A stretch of DNA of 64,000 nt from an uncultured delta proteobacterium (GCA_963826785.1 CAWGYD010000006.1:672001-736000); one strand, 5' to 3'. Positions 54,035 through 63,314 are shown, counted from the first letter of the stretch. The notes: generated from the sequence alone by a model not told the origin. A program made the numbers and translations.

Positions 54035-55489
54035 GTGAATAAATCCAAAAGAGTTTATATCGCAACCGGCATATTTATTTCAGGCGCCGCAGTCATGCTG
54101 ATCGAGCTGGTCGGCACGCGAATTATCAGGCCTATTTTCGGTTCAGGTATTTATGTCTGGTCCGCGCTGATTTCAGTTACGCTGGCATCTCTTGCCATCG
54201 GCTACTGGATCGGTGGGCGATTGGCGGATAAAAGGCCGGTTTTTACCACGCTCTACCTTCTGTTTCTTGCCATCGGAGTTGTGATGATACCCGTTCCTTT
54301 TATTTCGGGAAGCATAATGATGCGGTGCTATGCCGCCCTGGGCAGCGTGGGCGGAGGTTTGTGCAGCACCGTTGTGCTGTTTTCAATTCCATTGATACTG
54401 CTTGGGATAGTGCCGCCGACAATGATCCGGCTTCGGGCAACGATCGTTGAAACCATCGGGGCTACCGCAGGGAGCCTTTATGCGATTTCAACTTTCGGCA
54501 GTCTTGCCGGGACATTTTTGACGGGTTTTGTGCTGATTCCAAACATCGGAAATAAGGAAATCTTTCTGTTTTGTGCCAGTATTTTAATTTCGTTCTCCGC
54601 TGTGGGCTGGATCATTTTGGAAAAAAAATTTTCTGCCGCTGCGCTTCTGGTGGTTGCTTTTCTCATCCCATCATCTGCAAAACTGGTGATGGAGCAGAAA
54701 GATGGGCTTATATTTTCAGATCAAAGCCTCTATGGCGCCATTGAAGTGGTTGACAGATATGGAGAAAGATCCCTGTTAATCGACGGCAATACGAATTCTC
54801 ATATCAGCCTGGTGCCCGGCATTGATCCGATTCAATGTGAATATGTCAGAAGGTTTTCACTGCTTCCATTATTCCGGCCCGAAAGCCGTAATGGATTATG
54901 CATCGGCATGGGGGGCGGCCTGATCCCCCGGTTGCTGTCAAGATCAGGCATTGTTTTTGACATTGTTGAAATTGACCCGGTCATCCCCCGGGTTGCCCGC
55001 GATTACTTTGGCGGCCTTCAAAACAATGAAGACGTATTTATCGCGGATGGCAGATATTTTCTAAACACGATTGATCGGCAGTATGATTTTATTGTGGTGG
55101 ACGCATCCAATATTGATCATGTGCCGTTTCATCTATACTCCAAAAATTTTTTCAACGAGGCAGCGGCCAGGCTTTCTCCGGACGGGGTATTTTCCATGAA
55201 CACTTTGGGCACCCCAAATGGCGGTCAGTTCGAAAGCATACAAACAACGCTTTCAGCCGTATTTGCCCATGTGCGTGCGTTCCGGGCCCACACAACCGAA
55301 TCATCCGGAAATGCCGTCTTTTTCGCATCCAATGCACCACTTGAATTGTCACCTGAAAAGGAGGCAGAATACCAAGTTTACGAAGCGCATTTTGAGGAAA
55401 ACGGCATCATCCTGACGGATAACTTCAATCCGATCGATGTGCTGAGCGCCAAAATCGGCCCGGCCGTAAGAGATTATCATCAAAATTAG
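54035..55489 (+). CDS. Fused membrane domain / spermidine synthase-like methyltransferase
   Basis: ISG..VM..EL...R...P.FG; IGMGGG, VEIDP, DGR.FL, YD.I.VD, LTDNFNP. Confidence 0.85.
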   Translation: MNKSKRVYIATGIFISGAAVMLIELVGTRIIRPIFGSGIYVWSALISVTLASLAIGYWIGGRLADKRPVFTTLYLLFLAIGVVMIPVPFISGSIMMRCYAALGSVGGGLCSTVVLFSIPLILLGIVPPTMIRLRATIVETIGATAGSLYAISTFGSLAGTFLTGFVLIPNIGNKEIFLFCASILISFSAVGWIILEKKFSAAALLVVAFLIPSSAKLVMEQKDGLIFSDQSLYGAIEVVDRYGERSLLIDGNTNSHISLVPGIDPIQCEYVRRFSLLPLFRPESRNGLCIGMGGGLIPRLLSRSGIVFDIVEIDPVIPRVARDYFGGLQNNEDVFIADGRYFLNTIDRQYDFIVVDASNIDHVPFHLYSKNFFNEAAARLSPDGVFSMNTLGTPNGGQFESIQTTLSAVFAHVRAFRAHTTESSGNAVFFASNAPLELSPEKEAEYQVYEAHFEENGIILTDNFNPIDVLSAKIGPAVRDYHQN

Positions 55490-55548
55490 CATGATTCCTC
55501 CTCCCGGTATAAACGGCCCTGAAGTGGGAAGGAAACGGGACAGATGAT

Positions 55549-56556
55549 ATGATGGATACAGATCACCATCAAAACGGCCACAATCACAAACACAGCCATG
55601 GCCATACGCATGTTGCCGTTGATCCCTCTGTTCTGACTACCCAAAGAGGGATATGGGCCATCAAGTGGTCGTTTGCCGGACTGTTCGCTACGGCCGCTTT
55701 CCAGATCATTATTGTCGTGTTTTCCGGGAGCGTGGCGCTGCTGGCAGACACGATTCACAACTTTGGCGATGCCGCCACAGCTGTTCCTTTGTGGATTGCC
55801 TTTCGGCTTGCCCGCTTGAAGCCCAATGATCGATTTACCTATGGTTATGGCCGCGTGGAGGACTTGGCGGGCGCGGCAATCGTATTCACCATTCTGTTCA
55901 GCGCAGCTGTGGCAGGGTATGAGTCGATTGATCGTTTTTTTCATCCGCAGACCGTAAAACACCTCTGGGCGGTAATCCTGGCCTCAGTAATCGGATTTAT
56001 CGGCAACGAGGCCGTGGCCCAGTTTCGCATCAAGGTGGGCAAAGAGATCGGCAGCGCTGCTTTGATTGCCGACGGGCATCATGCGCGAGTCGACGGGCTC
56101 ACGAGTCTGGCCGTGCTTTTGGGTGCGGCGGGCATCTGGCTGGGATATCCGAAGGCCGATCCCGTTGTCGGTCTGCTCATTACCCTTGCGATTTTAAGAA
56201 TCGTTTGGGACTCCGGAAAATCCGTCTTCACCCGGATGATCGACGGGGTGGACCCGGAGGTTGTCGATGAAATACGGGAGGCTGTAAGTCTGACACCCGG
56301 TGTAAAAGGCATCTCCGAGGTGCGGGTAAGATGGCTGGGGCACCGGCTTCATGCAGAACTGAATATTTCCGTAAACGCTGAGCTGTCAGTTGCGAAAGGG
56401 CATGAAATCGCCAAAGAAGCGCGGCATGTCCTCCAGCATAAATTGAAATACCTCTCGAATGCCACAATCCATATTGATCCGGTTAATGCTTCGGGTGAAG
56501 CGCATCACCGGATCAATGGGCATGAGCACGATGATTTGCCAGCCCACTCACATTGA
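55549..56556 (+). CDS. Cation diffusion facilitator (CDF) transporter
   Basis: His-rich termini; SVALLADTIHN..D, FTYGYGRVE, ADG.HAR.D motifs. Confidence 0.92.
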   Translation: MMDTDHHQNGHNHKHSHGHTHVAVDPSVLTTQRGIWAIKWSFAGLFATAAFQIIIVVFSGSVALLADTIHNFGDAATAVPLWIAFRLARLKPNDRFTYGYGRVEDLAGAAIVFTILFSAAVAGYESIDRFFHPQTVKHLWAVILASVIGFIGNEAVAQFRIKVGKEIGSAALIADGHHARVDGLTSLAVLLGAAGIWLGYPKADPVVGLLITLAILRIVWDSGKSVFTRMIDGVDPEVVDEIREAVSLTPGVKGISEVRVRWLGHRLHAELNISVNAELSVAKGHEIAKEARHVLQHKLKYLSNATIHIDPVNASGEAHHRINGHEHDDLPAHSH

Positions 56557-56575
56557 AATTTTCACTTGCAGATTG

Positions 56576-56681
56576 CTTGCCAGTGCCTGGAACAATCCCG
56601 CCTTTTCCCCTCGCATGAATATTTGATCTGGCAATCCTCCGAATGGTAATTTCTGCATTACTGCCAGACCATAGCCGCATG
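56576..56681 (+). repeat. Array repeat R15
   Basis: CTTGCCAG...CAATCCCGC...CATGAATATTTGATCTGGCAATCCTC...GCATTACTGCCAGACCATAGCCG. Confidence 0.92.
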
Positions 56682-56784
56682 ATGCATCGCGAGTGTTTTG
56701 ATCTTGCGCCTTCATCGTGTTTGGAAAGTTCGCATGAAACGTTGCCTCAGCATATTTTTTGATAAAAAATTTCCTTGCTTGTTT

Positions 56785-56800
56785 GTACCAAAATTGGTAC
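56785..56800. promoter_or_regulatory. Palindromic operator of the TA operon
   Basis: GTACCAA-AA-TTGGTAC, 10 bp upstream of the toxin ATG. Confidence 0.6.
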
Positions 56801-56809
56801 TTATTGTTT

Positions 56810-57160
56810 ATGAATGAATTGAAGAGACTCACTGCCAGATTTTATCGGACAGAATCCGGAGGCGAACCAGTTAGGGAGTGGTTAAGGAAACTTGGCCGGC
56901 CGGATTGCACGCTTATCGGCGAGGACATCATGACAGTGGAGTTCGGTTGGCCTATTGGAATGCTAACATGTAAACCGATGGGAAAAGGGTTGTTTGAGAT
57001 CCGGACCAACCTTCCCGGCAACCGAATTTCCCGAGTCCTATTTTGTGTCAAGGAAGGACAGATGTTTTTGCTTCATGGGTTTATCAAAAAAACTCAAAAA
57101 ACTGAAAAAGCGGATCTGGATTTGGCTTTAAAACGTAAGAATGATTTGGAGGAAAAATAA
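56810..57160 (+). CDS. RelE/ParE-family (gp49/HigB-like) toxin
   Basis: FYRTE.G.EPVREWL, GWPIGM, GL.EIR, LLHGFIKKTQK. Confidence 0.88.
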   Translation: MNELKRLTARFYRTESGGEPVREWLRKLGRPDCTLIGEDIMTVEFGWPIGMLTCKPMGKGLFEIRTNLPGNRISRVLFCVKEGQMFLLHGFIKKTQKTEKADLDLALKRKNDLEEK

Positions 57161-57162
57161 AC

Positions 57163-57450
57163 ATGAATAACAGGCATATCGGCTCAAAATTTGATGATTT
57201 CCTTCAAGAAGAAGGGATTCAGACTGAGGTGACGACCCGGGCTTTGAAAAAGGTCCTTGCCTGGCAGATCACCGAAACTATGAAAAAAGAGGGACTGAGC
57301 AAAACGAAAATGGCGGCCAGGATGAAAACCAGCCGCTCTGCGTTGGATCGGCTGCTTGATCCGGGAAATACTTCGGTTACACTCCAGACCATGGATCGAG
57401 CCGCTATAGTTTTAGGAAAGAGGCTCCATGTTGAACTTATGGATGCTTAG
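57163..57450 (+). CDS. XRE-HTH antitoxin
   Basis: HIGS.FDDFL.EEG, MA.RM.TSRS.LDRLLDP.N.SVTL. Confidence 0.88.
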   Translation: MNNRHIGSKFDDFLQEEGIQTEVTTRALKKVLAWQITETMKKEGLSKTKMAARMKTSRSALDRLLDPGNTSVTLQTMDRAAIVLGKRLHVELMDA

Positions 57451-57618
57451 GGACCGTAAATACACCGGATTTATTTCCGAACCCCCTCCAATTACGATAA
57501 TCTTTCTATGTGTTCCCCTTCCGTTTTTCTATCTTTCCGCTCATTAGTGAGAACCAATGCGTCGGCCCCGGTTGCACATAACTATTCCGGCAGTATCGCA
57601 ATGCATCCGGGCAGTAAA

Positions 57619-57723
57619 CTTGCCATCCCCTGGCGCAATCCTGCTGCATTTCCCCATGAAACTTTAATCTGACAATCCTCAGCGGGCCAATTTCCGCATT
57701 ACTGGAAGACCATAGCCGAACTG
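57619..57723 (+). repeat. Array repeat R16 (last copy seen)
   Basis: CTTGCCATCCCCTGGCGCAATCCTGCTGC...CTGACAATCCTC...GCATTACTGGAAGACCATAGCCG. Confidence 0.9.
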
Positions 57724-57864
57724 AACCGCTTCGCGGAAATCAACTCCCCCTGCATCTCTTGCTGCTCCGGCATGAATCATCTTTTCCCCTTCAAGAGATC
57801 ATGATTATACCTTCATAATAAGTAACCGTGCTTTTCTTATAATCTTTCCCAAGGAGGTATTATC

Positions 57865-58728
57865 ATGAGTACCGATTTAAAACAGCAGTTCCTCGACCAT
57901 ATGGCCCTTCATCGCTTCTCCAGGCACACCCAGAAAAATTATATCTTGGCGGTCAAAGGATTGGCCCAATTTTACAATCAAAAGCCTGACACGCTTTCTC
58001 AGGAACAGATTCAGGCGTACCTGCTTTATCTCATACAAGAAAAAAAGCTGGCATGGGGATCAGTCAATAACATGTGCTGCGGCATCTCCTGTTTTTACAA
58101 AAACGTCCTGAAATGGGACGAAATCCAATTAAAAATTCCACCCCGGCCGAGAATCAAGAAACTGCCAACCATCTTGAGCGAGGAAGAAGTTAAGCGGCTG
58201 TTTGATGCCACAAGCAACCTGAAGCATCGAGTTTTTCTCAAAACGGTTTACAGTGCAGGCCTTCGCCTCAGCGAAGCCATTAGCCTGAGGCCGGAGCATG
58301 TCGAAAGTGATCCTTCCAGAATGATGATCCGGGTTGAGCAGGGAAAAGGGAAAAAAGACCGCTATACCATTCTTTCCCATAGCCTGCTTCCGGAACTTCG
58401 AGCCTATTGGCGTAAGTATCGGCCCGGCGAGTGGTTGTTCCCCGGGAAAAGCCCCAATCATATGGGACACAGCGCATCAGATCTATCATAAGGCAAAAAA
58501 AAAGCCGGAATTACCCGGGGCCGGGGCATCCATGCATTAAGACACTCCTTTGCGACCCACCTGCTGTATCATGGCACAGACGTATACACCGTTATGCGCC
58601 TGCTTGGCCATCGATCCCTGAAAACCACCGTAATTTACCTGCACCTTCTGCCGGAACGCATCACCCGGATCAAAAGCCCTCTTGACTATCTCTTCGAAGA
58701 AAGCGAGGGCGGCGATGAAAACCGATAA
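57865..58728 (+). CDS. Tyrosine recombinase of IS91-associated type (frameshift ~58460)
   Basis: [49 protein letters not shown]. Confidence 0.88.
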
Positions 58729-59389
58729 GGCAAAATTTGAAATGGCAGATGTGTTTCGTCTTTATGGAGACCTTTTCCGCCAGAACAATCCGGTATCCAA
58801 TGCCCAATTCAAGGTAATGAAACACATCGAAATCTGCCGGACCGCAGCACTCGGAGGACATGTCGAACAATGCAGCAGTTGTGGATTTGAACGCATTGCC
58901 TATAACTCATGCCGGGACCGGCATTGCCCCAAATGCCAAACCCTGGTCAAGGAAAAATGGCTCAATGACCGAAAAGCCGAATTGCTGCCCTGCGGATATT
59001 TTCATCTGGTTTTCACACTGCCCCATGATCTGAATCCGGTGATTCTGTGCAATAAGAAAATCGGCCTGGGCATTTTATTTGCCGCCGTAAATCAGACGCT
59101 GCAGGCTTTTGCTGCAGATCCTCAATGGCGCATTGAAGGGCAACTCGGGTTTATCCTGGTGTTACATACCTGGTCACAAACTCTGATAGATCACTTTCAT
59201 CTGCACTGCCTGATTCCGGCCGGCGCCCTTTCCTTTGAAAAAGACAGATGGATTCCCGCAAAACAGTCGTTTCTATTTCGGGTAAAGTCACTGGCCAAAG
59301 AATTCAGGAAACGATATCTCTCACTATTAAAAACGGCCCACGTTAAAAATGGTCTGATCTTTCCCGGCAATACGGCGAAGTATCGATAA
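58715..59389 (+). pseudogene. IS91-family transposase, 3' truncated
   Basis: Zn-binding CRT..LGG...C..C...YNSCRDRHCP.C; HLVFTLP; HUH region LHTW...HFHLH; catalytic Tyr region missing. Confidence 0.88.
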
Positions 59390-59391
59390 TC

Positions 59392-59913
59392 ATGTTTTGC
59401 GGCATGGTTTTCATTTTAGCTGCGTGTGCCGGCCCCAAGCAGATTATTACCAATCCACTGCGTGAATTAAAAACGGATCGCCCACCTGCCATCATCATCA
59501 AGGATCGGTTTACCTTTTCCTATGAGACGGCCCGGTGCGCAAGCACGCAACAGTTCCTGGTTACGGAATCTCCGTTTACGCTGTCCCCGCCGGATAGAGC
59601 CATCCAAATTGATTTAAAGGCTTTGGTTCCCGCTCAATCCCGGCCAAAAAAGGGCACAATCTTCTCTGTATTCTTCCCTGTTAATTCCTGCGCCATAGAT
59701 CCGGATGAATCAGAAAAGCTTTCCGGTTATATCAATGAAATCAAAAACTATCCCGTCGGCCCCGTGAGCGTCACCGGATATACCTGCTGGCTTGGTCCTT
59801 TGGAATACAACCGGAAACTGGCACTGAACCGGGCCAAGGCAGTTGCTGAGATTCTTCAAAAAGCAGGTATCCGAATCGGGTACCCTGCAAATGGGGTTTT
59901 AGGTCGGAGATGA
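59392..59913 (+). pseudogene. OmpA-family lipoprotein (truncated ends)
   Basis: LAAC lipobox; VFF, V.VTGYT...G...YN..LA..RA.AV. Confidence 0.7.
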
Positions 59914-59949
59914 GAATTGGCCCCCAAAAGCTCGTCGGAGCACATGATG
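59912..59949 (+). repeat. 38-bp direct repeat, copy B
   Basis: GAGAATTGGCCCCCAAAAGCTCGTCGGAGCACATGATG. Confidence 0.8.
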
Positions 59950-59994
59950 TCTCCTGCATATTTTTTGCGCTGAACTTTTTCATTCTTTCATCAT

Positions 59995-60085
59995 ATTTCA
60001 ACGAATGCTGAAATTAACTTTATATTGAAATAAATTGACAAGATGTTAAATTTCACTGTATATTAATTTTCAACGTTTGTTGAAA
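59995..60085 (+). promoter_or_regulatory. Promoter with two operator palindromes
   Basis: ATTTCAAC-GAAT-GCTGAAAT and TTTCAAC-GTTT-GTTGAAA flank TTGACA (60035). Confidence 0.6.
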
Positions 60086-60097
60086 TGAGGTTATATA

Positions 60098-61168
60098 ATG
60101 AAAAAATATGAAAAAGATCTTGAAAGATCTTCAAAGGCAGCACTCCTCTCCTGTCTCGCAGAAGTTCCGTTTCTCAAAATTATTGATGAGCAATCGGATC
60201 TTCGTGAAGGAAATATTCAGGCTGACCTTGCGGTTAAAATCAGGACGCCGGACAGTACGAGGCAGATCATTGCCGAGATTAAAGGCAGTGGGCAACCGCG
60301 ACTTGCTCGTGAAGCTGTAAACCAGCTGCTTCGGTATAAGGACAGGATCTCAGATGGATATTTTGTATTTATCGCACCTTTCATTTCCCCAAGGGCAGCC
60401 GATATATGCCGGTCTGAAGGCATTGGATACATTGACCTGTCCGGTAATTGTTTGTTATCATTTGATACTATATACATCAACAGGGACGGGAATCCAAATA
60501 AGTATATAGAAAATCGTGAGTTGAAATCTTTGTACTCGCCAAAAGCTGAGCGGATCCTCAGAGTCCTGTTATGCAACCCCGGCAGGAAATGGAAAGTCAA
60601 AGAACTGGCCAATGAAAGTGAAGTCAGCCTGGGCCAGGTTTCAAATGTTAGAAAGATGTTACTGGATCGTGAGTTTGTGTCCGGAGAAAGGGGCGGACTT
60701 AAAATGATCCAGCCGGCCAAGCTGTTGGAGGAATGGGCTGAAAATTACGATTACCGGCGAAACAGAATCCAGGAATATTATTCCTTGAAAAATGTTGCTG
60801 ATATAGAAAGCGCCGTGGCGGCCTACTGTGACAGCAATAAAATCCAATATGCATTAACCGGATTTTCAGGCGCCGCTCGGGTTGCCCCTGGAACCCGATA
60901 CAATAAAGCCATGATATACGTTTATGATTTCATGGGAAATGATGTATCTGAGCTTTTGCTGAAAGAGGTAAAGAGCGGGGGAAACCTCTTATTGCTGACG
61001 CCCTATGATGACGGGGTTTTTTATGGGATATCCGGAATTGATGATGTGCAGATCGCCTCAGATATACAGCTCTTTTTAGATTTGCAAGGATATCGGGGGC
61101 GCGGAGATGAAACGGCCCAAGTGCTTTTTGAAAGAATTTTGAAAAAAAATTGGTATCCAGGTTTGTGA
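60098..61168 (+). CDS. Type IV TA AbiEi-family antitoxin / transcriptional regulator
   Basis: APFIS...C...GIGYID.SGN, ELA..S.VSLG.VS wHTH, LL..W, YALTG, Q..LDL....RG.E. Confidence 0.75.
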   Translation: MKKYEKDLERSSKAALLSCLAEVPFLKIIDEQSDLREGNIQADLAVKIRTPDSTRQIIAEIKGSGQPRLAREAVNQLLRYKDRISDGYFVFIAPFISPRAADICRSEGIGYIDLSGNCLLSFDTIYINRDGNPNKYIENRELKSLYSPKAERILRVLLCNPGRKWKVKELANESEVSLGQVSNVRKMLLDREFVSGERGGLKMIQPAKLLEEWAENYDYRRNRIQEYYSLKNVADIESAVAAYCDSNKIQYALTGFSGAARVAPGTRYNKAMIYVYDFMGNDVSELLLKEVKSGGNLLLLTPYDDGVFYGISGIDDVQIASDIQLFLDLQGYRGRGDETAQVLFERILKKNWYPGL

Positions 61169-61242
61169 TTAGCCTTCAGTGATCGACTGTTTATTTTTTT
61201 TAAATTGGCTAAAGATATCTGCAATAAAAAAGGTAAATTCGC

Positions 61243-61776
61243 ATGAGAAAAAAATGTTATATTATTGCAGGACCAAATGGCGCCGGGAAAACGACATTTG
61301 CAAATGAATTTCTTCCGCGAGAAGCTGCCTGCCTCAATTTTATTAACGCAGACTTGATTGCAAAAGGCCTTTCCCCTTTTCAGCCTGAAAAAGCGGCAAT
61401 TGCCGCTGGGAAAATTATGATTCACCAAATGAATGATTATATTGCAAAAAGCAAATCATTTGCATTTGAAACAACCCTCAGCGGCAGGAATTTCGCCGGT
61501 AAAATCAGAGATTGGAAGTCCCGAAACTACGAGATTATCATTTATTATTTGAAACTGCCGTCAGTGGAATTGGCAATTGAAAGGGTGAAGTTGAGAGTCG
61601 CTCGGGGCGGGCATAATGTACCGGAACATGTAATCAGGCGCCGGTACAGCAGGAGTTGGGAGAATTTTCAACAGATTTATAAACCACTGGCTGATTCATG
61701 GATTATATTCGATACGTCCGGACAATTACCTGTAATTATCGAAGAGTCGAGGAGTATACATGGAAAAACACAATAG
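61243..61776 (+). CDS. Zeta-toxin-like P-loop ATPase (COG4185-like)
   Basis: IIAGPNGAGKTTFA, FINAD.IA, FETTLSG, RV..GGH.VP...IRRRY. Confidence 0.85.
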   Translation: MRKKCYIIAGPNGAGKTTFANEFLPREAACLNFINADLIAKGLSPFQPEKAAIAAGKIMIHQMNDYIAKSKSFAFETTLSGRNFAGKIRDWKSRNYEIIIYYLKLPSVELAIERVKLRVARGGHNVPEHVIRRRYSRSWENFQQIYKPLADSWIIFDTSGQLPVIIEESRSIHGKTQ

Positions 61777-61960
61777 ATATGCAATATTAGGTCTTAAGGC
61801 ATTACAACGTGCCGCTGACAAGGTGGCTGAGGACGCAAGGAAAAACAATTACAAGATACCAGTTTGGAAAAATGGCCAAATTATTTATGAAATACCGGAA
61901 GTTATCACAATTAGTACATCAATTGCGAATAAGCAGACTAAACAGAAACCCAAGCTTTGA
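61760..61960 (+). CDS. Small partner protein of the zeta-like ATPase
   Basis: Overlaps the upstream stop; ALQRA...V...AR.....IPVWKNG pattern. Confidence 0.55.
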   Translation: MEKHNRYAILGLKALQRAADKVAEDARKNNYKIPVWKNGQIIYEIPEVITISTSIANKQTKQKPKL

Positions 61961-62271
61961 TTTGGATGAGTTCAGGGAATTGATTGCTGAGGTCCGGAAA
62001 AATGGAAAACAAGCCGGGCTAAAAAAATCAGATATTAGGGAGGCTATTTTAAAATCCCGAGGCGAAAAGTGAAAACCGAATCTGTTTAAAATTTCTTTAA
62101 TTCCAAAGACATTAATGGATTGCAAAGCTTTATTTAAAAAATTCCGTGCAGCTTTTTCCGAAGTCGCTCCTGAAAGTCCTTTCACCGGAAAAAGTGAAGA
62201 AGAACTCATGAAAATAGCAGAAGATGCCGTTAAAGAAACACGCAAGGCAAAGAAATCAAAAAACGGTCCTT

Positions 62272-62693
62272 CATGAAATCTTGCGATTCCTTCGGCAAGC
62301 AACTCCTTTATCACTTTATTGAGTTGGCCTGAAGTCCGTTTCTGCCCTAACCTGCTTGAAATTTCTGATTTCGAAAGCATCTGTTTTGAAAGCAAATTGA
62401 TCACTCTTGTCCCGTAATAACTCTATCTGTGATTCTAGCTGCGGCTATAGCTGCCCGTTAGCCTGATTCAACAATGGTTTGAAAATTATAAGAACAGAAC
62501 CCCACCGGATCTGCCACTCCGGAAGCGGATTATTGTTCTCTTTGCACCATTCAATAATGTTTAATGTCCCGGTCCCCCATCTTTCAATGATCCCAGCTCG
62601 GTAAAATACGTTTGCAATGATAGGATTCCATGGCCTTGATTCGTGCGGTTTAAACGTCGGTATGGGCCATGCGCACCACTCTTTCAAAATCAA
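62272..62693 (-). pseudogene. C-terminal fragment of a RecG-C/HATPase-wHTH domain protein
   Basis: S.P.NP.IA.VFYRAG.IE.WGTG motif; LSK.EIS..LGQK..SGQL wHTH. Confidence 0.6.
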
Positions 62694-62715
62694 TCAAACA
62701 TGCAGGAGGTTGAGG

Positions 62716-63063
62716 TCACCGTGAATGCCCGCATGCATTATCATGTATTGCCTTGGACAAGGCATCCTTTACCCATACATTAATGCTTTTTCCTTTTTTG
62801 CGGGCTTCAATGATGATGCTCTTATGAAGTTCGGGGTCCACACGTACCACAAATTTACCTGAATATGGTCTTTCGGGATCTTCACCACGTTCGGCGCAAA
62901 ATGCCAGGTAGTCGTCAACTGAATCGTGAAAGGCCTGCTTGAGTTCGCTTACGGTTTCACCTTCGAAAGTGATAACATCTCTTAAGTTGATCACTTCACC
63001 GTGAAAAATTTCGTCATCATCGTCAAATTCAACTTTTGCAAAATATCCCTTGTATTCCATCAT
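62716..63063 (-). CDS. hicB: HicB-family antitoxin
   Basis: MEYKGY...VEFD, DVITF.G.TV.EL..AF..SVDDYL, YSGKF.VR..PELH. Confidence 0.92.
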   Translation of the reverse strand: MMEYKGYFAKVEFDDDDEIFHGEVINLRDVITFEGETVSELKQAFHDSVDDYLAFCAERGEDPERPYSGKFVVRVDPELHKSIIIEARKKGKSINVWVKDALSKAIHDNACGHSR

Positions 63064-63314
63064 GGTTTTACTCCCGATTCCACCAGGAATCTTCTTACGG
63101 ATCTGACAGAGGCTTTATTGGCTGTCGGGTGAGGGTGGGGCCTGTGAAAAACGGCACGAATCTCATTTAGCACTACCCGTACACGCGAACCTTTACCTTC
63201 AGTAATCTCGGCACCCAGTGCTATGAACAGGCCTTCAATATCATGCCACAGAATATCGGGGCGCTCCGGCTTTTCAAAAATTTTCTGTAACGTCTGCCGC
63301 TGCTTTCTGTTCAT
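63060..63314 (-). CDS. hicA: HicA-family toxin
   Basis: I.W.DIE.LF.ALG..I.EG.GSRV, FHRPHP. Confidence 0.9.
   Translation of the reverse strand: MNRKQRQTLQKIFEKPERPDILWHDIEGLFIALGAEITEGKGSRVRVVLNEIRAVFHRPHPHPTANKASVRSVRRFLVESGVKP

Noticed and set aside
27625..57723. CRISPR array interpretation of the recurring repeat
   Set aside because: Repeats are ~100 bp, degenerate and separated by kb-sized gene modules; no cas genes seen.
27625..57723. Classical integron (IntI + attC)
   Set aside because: Repeats lack RYYYAAC/GTTRRRY boxes, cargo is bidirectional, and neither recombinase shows a clear IntI insertion. Only 50130-50209 resembles attC.
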